In this document: one piece after another, positions 28,880 to 37,537 of the stretch
Position numbering within the stretch: position 1 is the stretch's first letter
Layout of the letters: each line of letters opens with the position of its first letter
NCBI RefSeq assembly: GCF_964204645.1
Contig: NW_027437471.1
Location: 5,463 to 69,462 of the forward strand
DNA length: 64,000 nt
Reading direction: 5' to 3'
Source: Tubulanus polymorphus
Taxonomy: Eukaryota; Animalia; Nemertea
Notes under the pieces: model-generated
The model's input: the letters and a program-made list of their open reading frames with translations, nothing else
Told to the model about the DNA's origin: nothing
The model's database searches: none
Position numbers and translations under genes: made by a program

Positions 28880-30298
28880 GTAAGAGATTTTCCCGACTAC
28901 AATCTCACGAATCACGTGGATCCCCTGAGAAAATTGGAGGAGGGCACGGCGAAGAAACGGGTGCAGATTTAGGAAAATCTTAAAGAGAAGGAAGAGCAGT
29001 TCTCTGAGAAAGCAGGATTAAGGCTGACTTATGTCGACAAGCAACGCGATGCCTACCGACACAACTGGGTTTATCGCCGATTAACGGCCTACGAGAGGCC
29101 GCCAGTTTCTGCTCTATCTGTTCAACATAAGCCGGCTTGCGACGGCAACCCGACGCCTACCGACTCGTCGCAAGCCGTATCCGGCTAGTTGCCCGTGTTC
29201 TACTCCGGCCTACGGTAGGCCAACAGTTGCTTTCGATCGCAACTGACACAAACTGCTGTGATATGCACGGCGTTGCACCACTTTTAGTTGACAAATAAAA
29301 AACCCACAGTAGATTTGTAGAAACAGTTTCGAAGTTAAAAACTGTGGTGTTTTAAAACCGAGTTAACCAAAATCCAACCAGGTTTTCAGCGCCGTTCTCA
29401 AATCATTGATGCTATCATGATTTGAAAGCTTGTCAAAGATTTCGGCTCAATTTACTGTGGAAATATCAAACATGTTTGAATAGTGCGATTCACCTGCTGC
29501 TGAGCAACGAACACGCTGAAAATTTAGGTGTGAAATCTGTAATTTCAGACGGTGTGGGAATAAATTCTTATAGTGTTCCCTGCTCTAAGTCTGAACCAAT
29601 TTACCGTTAAGTCTTGTATGAAAAAACAATTGTAACACTGAAAATTCTTGGAACTAAAAGCATTTTGAATCAGGGTGTCTGATATATACTGATGAATAGT
29701 TACTGCAACATGATCGCCACCTATTGGATATCTGCTGAACCACCAAATTATTGGATTAATACGAATATACTGTATATCACATATGCCATCTATTGGAAAT
29801 TTAGAAATTTATATCTTGAGTCAAAATAAACGTGAAATGCATTTCAGATAAACAAAAATTGTTCTCAAATTGAGTCTGATCTGAATGCAGTGGAACACAA
29901 TATCTGAGTGACTGTTAAAACCCTTCCAGGATTGGCACTGTCTTCCAGAGATGATTTTGATAAAACCAATGTCTCTAGTAAACTTTGCATCATTCAAAAT
30001 CTAATCAACTAAAATAAATAAACTTGAAACCAAATTTAAGAATCTACAGGGCTTCTTTTCTGAATGATTGTTGTTTAGTTTTGACTGGTGCGTTGTCATG
30101 GTGATGGCAAGGTGATATTCTGGATCCGATGTCTGGAAAAATAGTAATTCCTGAAAACAGAGCCAAATTTCATACTGAAATGAATAACTACACTTATTTT
30201 CATCGATATAATAACAGAATGAATTTCACAGATATTTGTTAAAGAAATAGAAAACTTGTGGATACTCTCAGCCGCGCCCCGCTGAAAAAAACTATTAA

Positions 30299-30642
30299 AG
30301 GCGTTTTTACGAGCATCCGATTTTTGCGATCGATTTCGTGAACGATTTGCTTCGATCGTACGATCGAATCGAACGTTCGTAAAAATGACGATGGATTTGG
30401 CTAATCACATGACATAAATATGGCGACGTTGAGGAAAATAATGTATGGTTTTGAACTACCCGGTGCCGCCATCTTGGAAATCAAATCGCCAAATCGCTCG
30501 CCGAGCGAGTTGGTCGATTTCAAAAATCGATCGGAAAATCGTGTTCGTAAAAACGCCGATCGTGAAATCGATCGCAAAAATCGGTGCTCGTAAATGCGTT
30601 CCTACGATCGATCGCAAAAATCGGATGCTCGTAAAAACGCCT
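30299..30642. mobile_element. MITE with ~35-bp TIRs
   Basis: AGGCGTTTTTACGAGCATCCGATTTTTGCGATCGAT / exact reverse complement; absent at paralogous sites 26470 and 33180. Confidence 0.9.
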
Positions 30643-33600
30643 TAGGTTAAATACGTGTTGTGAGTCACCAATTCAACTTATAAGATTATTTGATTGTTTT
30701 ATTAATTGGGAATAATTTTAGAATGTTTTATTCGAACTATAGCCCGGAAGTTCATTAGAATTGCTACGTATTGCTAATTCCGTGGAATTCATTACCCCCG
30801 CTAGTAATCCGGAGCGGTATCTAAAGCCATCCGCGGCTAGAACCGTGAACTCTTTAGTTGGTGCTCGGAGCGCAAAGCCTGAGTCCGAGTCGACCTCGAG
30901 CTGCGCGGTCTGCAGAACTAGCATGGCGGACGAATAAATCGCTATTTTCACATGAAATATTTAGAAGCTTCTCTTTCAACCAAGATGCGTCAGATTGTAT
31001 CCAAACCATTTCAACATTGAAATACAGTAAGTAAATTTACTTATGAATCGAATACTTGTGATGTATGAAGGTGATTCGAGATGGAGAGCGACATAAAACA
31101 CTCCGGTTTTACCCCACGAGCAGCAGCAATCTCTATTCACTGATGCGTGCTGTAAAACCATCATCATTCAGTAATAATAATAATATTAATATGTGTCTTA
31201 TATAGTGCTAAATCCAGCCAGGCTGCTCAGAGCGCTTTACATTTTTCGGTATTATTACCCCGGCCAATTTTAATACTCTAACATGTATCAGTCATCCCTC
31301 CCTTTTGAGAAGTAACACCGAGCTGCTAACAAACGCTCAGGAGTCATCTATCAGACCAGGTACCCATTTACTCCTGGGTGGAGAGAGGCAGTGAGGATAA
31401 GAGTCTTGCCCGAGGACACAACGGGGATCGAACCCACGACCTGGCTTCCCAGAGCTGAACGCTCTAACCACTAGCCCACACCGCAGTAAAAAGTATCAAG
31501 AACATAAAGAGTGGATCGAGGCCTAAACTATTACTATCAATACAGATGGAGCATTTGACCCCGCTGATACCCTGGATTTTAGAGTGCTTTCTCTGACAGG
31601 TTTCTATGTTTATTTCAGGGTGATGCTCTACTAATTAACTGCAGTCATCAGGAAGTTCAAGGAATAACTGTTTGGCGATGAAGTGAACAAGTGATCCCTC
31701 AATTCAGGTAGATATATCTTAGGCCCTAATCACAGACCTCTACAAACCAGTTTCAGTGGTGTTTTAAAACAGAGTTAACCAAAATCCAAGCAGGTTTTCA
31801 GCGCCGTTCTCAAATCATTGATGCCATCGTGATTTGAAAGCTTGTCAAAGATTGCGGCTCAATTTACTGTGTTTGGGACTTAGCAAAAATATTTGCTGCG
31901 ACAAAATTAACTGTGGAAATATCAAATATGTTTGAATGGTGCGATTCACCTGCTGCTGAGCAACGAACACGCTGCAAATTTCATTGTGAAATCTGTAATT
32001 TCAGACGGTGTGGGAATAAATTCATATAGTGTTCCCTGCTCTAAGTCTGAACCAATTTACCGTTAAGTCTGGTATGAAAAAAAATTGTAGCACTGAAAAT
32101 TCTTGGCACTAAAAGCATTTTGAATCTTGTTGAATCTGTTTTCATTTTTTATCTGATGAAGAAATAATGATTTTCAGTGTTTTGTATTATTTCAGATGTA
32201 GGCGTAACGCTAGAGTTTTGTTTATTCTACTCAAAAGAAGGTGATGTTTAGATCAGGTTCGTTTAGTTACTCTTATTCATGTCGAATATTTGATATGATT
32301 TTTGTGAATTGCTCTAATGATGTTATAATGAATGTTGTTTGATTTATATTCAGTCTAATGGAGGAGGATCTCAATAACTGAAACCTGCGACACGTCTACA
32401 CCTGAAATTGACTGTGCGTCAAGTGAATGAATTATTCATTCTAAATGACTGATGTTTCATGCTGTTTAGAGGATTCGTAGGAAATGTTCCAAGTTCAAAC
32501 CCAGTGATTCTGATCAGATGATAAACCAGGGTGTCTGATATATACTGATGAATAGTTACTGCAACATGATCGCCACCTATTGGATATCTGCTGAACCACC
32601 AAATTATTGGATTAATACGAATATGTATTCGTATTGGATTAAACTGTATATCACAGACGCCATCTATTGGAAATTTAGAAATTTATATCTTGATTGTCAA
32701 ATAAATGTGAAATTCATTTTAGATAAACACAAAATAGTTCTCAAGTTGAGTCTGAGCTTTTTTTTTATCTGAATGCAGTGGAACACAATATCTGAGTTAC
32801 TGTTACAGGATTGGCACTGTCCCCTAGAGATGATTTTGATAAAACCAGTGTCTAGTTAACTTTGCATCATCCAGAATCTACTCAATCAAAATAAAGAAAC
32901 TTGAAACGAAATTTAAGAATCTACAGGGCTTCATTTATGAATGATTGTTGTTTGTTTTGACTGGTGCGTTGTCATGGTGATGGCAAGGTGATGGATTCGA
33001 TGTCTCGAAAAATAGTAATTCCTCAAAACAGAGCCGAATTTCAAACTGAAATGAAGAACTTCACTTATTTTCATCGATATGATAACAGAATGAATATATT
33101 TGAGCAAAAAATTTCACAGATATTTGTTACAGAAATACAAAACTTGTCGATACTCTCAGCCGCGCCCCGCTGAAAAAACTATTCGGTTAAATACATGTTG
33201 TGAGTCACCAATTCAACTTAAAAGATCATTTGATTGTTTCATTAATTGGGAATAATTTTAGAATGTTTTATTCGAACAATAGCTCGGAAGTTCATTAGAA
33301 TTGCTACGTATTGCTAATTCCGTGGAATTCATTACCCCTAGTAATCCGGAGCGGTATCTAAAGCCATCTGCGGCTAGAACCGTGAACTCTTTAGTAAGTG
33401 CTCGGAGCGCAAAGCCTTAGTCCGAGTCGACCTCGAGCTGCGCGGTCTGCAGAACTAGCCCTCCCAAGTGGAGTATGTCCCATTTAAGATTGATCGCGGA
33501 CGAATCAATCGCAATTTTCACTTGAAATATTTAGAAGCTTCTCGTTCAACGCAGAAGCGACAGAATGTGTTCAAACCATTTCAACATTGAAATACAGTAA

Positions 33601-34123
33601 GTAAATTTACTTATGAATCGAATACTTGTGATGTATGAAGGTGATTCGAGATGGAGAGCGACATAAAACACTCCGGTTTAACCCCACGAGCAGCAGCAGC
33701 AATCTCTATTCACTGATGCGTGCTGTAAAACCATCATTCAGTAAAAAGTATCAATAACATAAAGAGTGGATCGAGGCCTAAACTATTACTATCAATACAG
33801 ATGGAGCATTTGACCCCGCGGATACCCTGGATTTTAGAGTGCTTTCTCTTGACAGGTTTCTATGTTTATTTCAGGGTGATGCTCTACTAATTAACTGCAG
33901 TCATCAGGAAGTTCAAGAAATAACTGTTTGGTGATGAAGTGAGTAATGACAAGGACATATGATAAGGCTTATCGGGTGAAATACAGGATATCGCCAAATT
34001 CAAGTTCTGAAATTACTCGCTTGATGGCACTAGTCAGAACCGGAAATTGGAACCTAAATCCACCACACGCGAGATTTTTACTATGAAAAATGCTATTTCT
34101 CATGTGTTTATCTTGTGTTTCAG

Positions 34124-34311
34124 TTACATACACGTTACGGTCACCTACCACAGCACAAGAAGAATATGGTAATAGCCGGTGGTGTAACTGCGTCTGTTAT
34201 CGTAGCGCCAGTTGTCGCTAGTTTAGCCGTTGGTATCGGTGTACCGATATTATTGGCGTATGTTTACGGCGTGGTACCGATATCGCTGTGTCGCAGCGGT
34301 GGTTGCGGCGT
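34124..34311 (+). pseudogene. RNF19: Second copy of the RNF19-like exon, truncated by telomere addition
   Basis: Near-identical to 28163-28351 up to GGTTGCGGCGT, then switches to TAGGG repeats. Confidence 0.9.
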
Positions 34312-34359
34312 TAGGGTTAGGGGTTAGGGTTAGGGTTAGGGGTTAGGGTTAGGGTTAGG
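34311..34359 (+). repeat. Telomeric repeat tract (TTAGGG with two TTAGGGG variants)
   Basis: ttaggg ttagggg ttaggg ttaggg ttagggg ttaggg ttaggg ttagg. Confidence 0.95.
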
Positions 34360-34937
34360 TTTAGAGATAGAGGTTAGGGGACCAAACCGAAGGTTTGGAG
34401 ACCCCACTAGTGCACGGGCAGCGGGTTATCCCTGTAAAAAAGTAGTGAGAGTTAATTGTTGTAGTGAGGCGGTCTACGGGACGTTCATGCCTCGGGGCGT
34501 GTTCGTGTCGAGTCGTCGTATCCAGTCTTGTTCGGCTGCTTCGCGGATCGGTCTCGTGGAGCCTGGTAGGTGTTGGAGACCGTACACCCGAAAGTGTTCG
34601 CGGGTGTGGTCGACTTGGTTGAAGTGGTCCGAGACTGGAGTCGAATTCTTCGTTCTGATGCGTGAGACGTGATGAGTGACGCGTTCTCGTAGAGACATTC
34701 CGGTTTGGCCGACGTACAGCATGTTGCACTTGGTGCATTCGATGCAGTATACAATTTCACGGGTCGCGCAATTAATTGTGCTGCGGATCGCGTGCATTTT
34801 GTTGTGGCTGCGGCAAACGGTTGTTTCTCGGACGAGTGGACACGTACGACATCTCGGTGTTCTGCATTTCTCGGTGCCTCGACGTCGGGTTGACGGAGTT
34901 CTTTGAGTAGACCTGGAAATAGAAGAATTGGAAACAA
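34353..34937 (-). mobile_element. 5'-truncated Penelope-like element fragment (GIY-YIG region + 3' end), flanked by telomeric repeats on both sides
   Basis: Matches 34951-35535 (offset 598). Begins at GGTTAGG shared with the preceding telomere tract and ends at ...GAAACAA followed by GGGTTAGGGTTAG. Encodes the 107-aa GIY-YIG C-terminus (34474-34797). Confidence 0.95.
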
Positions 34938-34957
34938 GGGTTAGGGTTAGGGTTAGG
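34938..34957 (+). repeat. Short telomeric spacer between truncated and full PLE copies
   Basis: gggttagggttagggttagg, not present at the equivalent position of the full element. Confidence 0.9.
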
Positions 34958-35071
34958 TTTAGAGATAGAGGTTAGGGGACCAAACCGAAGGTTTGGAGAC
35001 CCCACTAGTGCACGGGCAGCGGGTTATCCCTGTAAAAAAGTAGTGAGAGTTAATTGTTGTAGTGAGGCGGT

Positions 35072-37531
35072 CTACGGGACGTTCATGCCTCGGGGCGTGT
35101 TCGTGTCGAGTCGTCGTATCCAGTCTTGTTCGGCTGCTTCGCGGATCGGTCTCGTGGAGCCTGGTAGGTGTTGGAGACCGTACACCCGAAAGTGTTCGCG
35201 GGTGTGGTCGACTTGGTTGAAGTGGTCCGAGACTGGAGTCGAATTCTTCGTTCTGATGCGTGAGACGTGATGAGTGACGCGTTCTCGTAGAGACATTCCG
35301 GTTTGGCCGACGTACAGCATGTTGCACTTGGTGCATTCGATGCAGTATACAATTTCACGGGTCGCGCAATTAATTGTGCTGCGGATCGCGTGCATTTTGT
35401 TGTGGCTGCGGCAAACGGTTGTTTCTCGGACGAGTGGACACGTACGACATCTCGGTGTTCTGCATTTCTCGGTGCCTCGACGTCGGGTTGACGGAGTTCT
35501 TTGAGTAGACCTGGAAATAGAAGAATTGGAAACAACGGAAGTATTTCTGTTACGATGCGGTGAAGAGGGGACTCGGGGAGGGGGTGGCTCCGTGGGTTTG
35601 AGCTGCGACGAAGTTAGGAGATCTTTGAGACTCTTGTGCTTGGTGTAGGCGGTGACCGTGGTTACCTCGTCAGACCGGCCGGTGGCCGTAGCCAGTTCCG
35701 TAAATCTGGTTCGGATGTTACGGGCTAGGGTTCGGTTGGCTTCGGAGTGAGGTAAGATAAGCGGTAAACGCTTTTTCGGCGGTTCGTCGGCCCGTTGTTG
35801 TTCTCGTAGATCTCGTTCGGCGTGGTGCCGTAGAGCTTGGCTTTTGATGTGTCGCAGTTCGCGGTCTTTGTAGCCACGACCTCTGAGTACTTTAAGGACG
35901 GTTCCGGACGCTGCGTGTAAGTCCGAATCGTTATTGCAGATGCGCCGGAACCGGAGAATTTGACTTTTAACTATACCGGAAAATGTGTGTTTAGGGTGAA
36001 ACGAGGATCGATGTAGTAATTGATGCGAATCGGTTGGTTTGAAGTAGACTTTGGTGTCTACTGTGCCACTTGTCTCGAATCGCGGGCCTTTGAAAGTGGT
36101 TACGTCCAGGAAGTTGACGCTGGTGTCGCTGATTTCGAACTTGAGTTTGATGGATCGGCTCACTGTTTGTAGGACGTCGATGAATTGCATCAACGTTTCG
36201 CGGCCGTGTTCCCAAACTATGTAGATGTCGTCGATGAACCGAGCGTATAGCGATGGTTGGAGTTCGCTTCTGGACAGACCTTCTTTTTCCCATTCGGCTA
36301 CAAAGATATTGGCATAAGAAGGAGCAAAACGCTTACCCATTGCGGTACCTTTTACCTGTAAATATGTGTTTTCGTTAAAGTTAAAGTCATTTTTCTTCAG
36401 GCTGATTTCGAGTAGTTTCAGTAGCTCGGCATCCGGGCGTCCCGGGTTCGGGTTATCTCGGAGAGCTTGTCGGATGCTGGCGATACCCTCTTCGTGGGGG
36501 ATGTTGGTGTAGAGCGAATCGATGTCCATGGTGACGAGTAACGCATCGGCGCTAAATTGTTTACCGGCCAAAATATCTAGAAAGTGGTTGGTATCTTTGA
36601 CGTACGACGGGTGACCGCGGGCGATCGGCTGCAAATAGTAGTCGATCCATTCCGAAATTTCGTAGGTTTCGGAGCCGCAGTCGGAGACGATCGGTCTCCC
36701 CGGCGGTACGCGATCGGGTACCGTCCACTTCTCGCGTTCTTTATGGATTTTGGGAAGCAGATAGAACTGCCTCTGTTTCGGATTATCGGGCGGTAATAGA
36801 TATTCGGCGGTTTTTAGCGGGATGATTTTTCGTCGAGCCATATTTTCGATGATTTCGCGAATTTCTTCCCCGGTCTGTTCGAAAATCGGTTGCTGCAGCG
36901 GCTGATAATACTCGAGATCGGCTAGTTGGCGCATGGCTTCGTGGACGTAGTCGTCGCGGTCCATGATAACCGTAGCGGAACCCTTATCGGCGGCTTTGAT
37001 GACAATATTAGTGTTGTCACGCAGCTGCTGGAGGGCTTCGCGTTCCTGTTTAGTGAGGTTATCATTTACGCGACGCGTATCCCTGGTTTGTTGAGCCAAT
37101 TCGTGCGCGTCGTTGCAGAACCCGGCGATTACTGGTTCTATTTCATCCGGAGCCCAACTGCTGGGCAGACGGAAACGCGGAGCCTCGCGGTCCGGTTTGT
37201 CTCGGAAGTGATGGTCGAGTTTCACTAGCCGGTTGAATCGGCACACTCCCTTGGTGCGCTCGGTCGCGGCGGCATCAGAACCGATTTTTGGAGTCGGGCA
37301 ATAAGTGAGGCCCTTTCGGAGTAGCTGATGTTGCGCCGGACTTAGGCGGAGTGAACGTGTGAGGTTGACCACCGGGCTCCCGAGAGCGGTGACCGGATCG
37401 CGTCGCGCTTGGTTTGGTGCCGGTTCTTCGTGTTCGTCGGACCTGGAAATGGAAGAAATCAGAGAAGCATTGGTTAATTCCGGTTGATTTAACTCACCAA
37501 TAGTGGACCCGTTGGTCTCACTAATACTTAG
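35072..37531 (-). CDS. PLE reverse transcriptase + C-terminal GIY-YIG endonuclease (ORF2, unit 1). Frame is open from the slippery site at 37531; the ORF track starts it at GTG 37372
   Basis: PLE RT motifs KAADKG, YLLPKIHK, GRPIVS, MDIDSLYTNI, GTAMGKRFAPSYANIF, RFIDD. Cys linker CRTPRCRTC (Neptune-like). GIY-YIG: IVYCIECTKC..YVGQT..LRERVTHH..DHF..REAAEQDWI..GMN. Confidence 0.95.
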   Translation of the reverse strand, partial: LSISETNGSTIGELNQPELTNASLISSISRSDEHEEPAPNQARRDPVTALGSPVVNLTRSLRLSPAQHQLLRKGLTYCPTPKIGSDAAATERTKGVCRFNRLVKLDHHFRDKPDREAPRFRLPSSWAPDEIEPVIAGFCNDAHELAQQTRDTRRVNDNLTKQEREALQQLRDNTNIVIKAADKGSATVIMDRDDYVHEAMRQLADLEYYQPLQQPIFEQTGEEIREIIENMARRKIIPLKTAEYLLPPDNPKQRQFYLLPKIHKEREKWTVPDRVPPGRPIVSDCGSETYEISEWIDYYLQPIARGHPSYVKDTNHFLDILAGKQFSADALLVTMDIDSLYTNIPHEEGIASIRQALRDNPNPGRPDAELLKLLEISLKKNDFNFNENTYLQVKGTAMGKRFAPSYANIFVAEWEKEGLSRSELQPSLYARFIDDIYIVWEHGRETLMQFIDVLQTVSRSIKLKFEISDTSVNFLDVTTFKGPRFETSGTVDTKVYFKPTDSHQLLHRSSFHPKHTFSGIVKSQILRFRRICNNDSDLHAASGTVLKVLRGRGYKDRELRHIKSQALRHHAERDLREQQRADEPPKKRLPLILPHSEANRTLARNIRTRFTELATATGRSDEVTTVTAYTKHKSLKDLLTSSQLKPTEPPPPRVPSSPHRNRNTSVVSNSSISRSTQRTPSTRRRGTEKCRTPRCRTCPLVRETTVCRSHNKMHAIRSTINCATREIVYCIECTKCNMLYVGQTGMSLRERVTHHVSRIRTKNSTPVSDHFNQVDHTREHFRVYGLQHLPGSTRPIREAAEQDWIRRLDTNTPRGMNVP

Positions 37532-37537
37532 TTTAAA
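37496..37537 (-). promoter_or_regulatory. -1 programmed ribosomal frameshift signal (U_UUA_AAC + 7-nt spacer + hairpin/pseudoknot); also at +6339, +12693, +19047 and +25401
   Basis: ORF1 ends GGT TTA AAC TAA. The -1 frame is open for 53 codons into ORF2. Stem UAGUG(A)GACC/GGUCCACUA follows, with ACCAA able to pair with the next UUGGU. Confidence 0.85.

Larger units (their letters stand above)
25960..34311 (+). repeat. Mosaic triplicated block (~25960-27870, ~29780-32090, ~32660-33940; 27970-28351 repeated at 33943-34311)
   Basis: Shared anchors such as ctcagccgcgccccgctgaaaaaa at ~26445, ~30268, ~33155 and gcagtcatcaggaagttcaag at ~27468, ~31641, ~33897. Confidence 0.85.
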
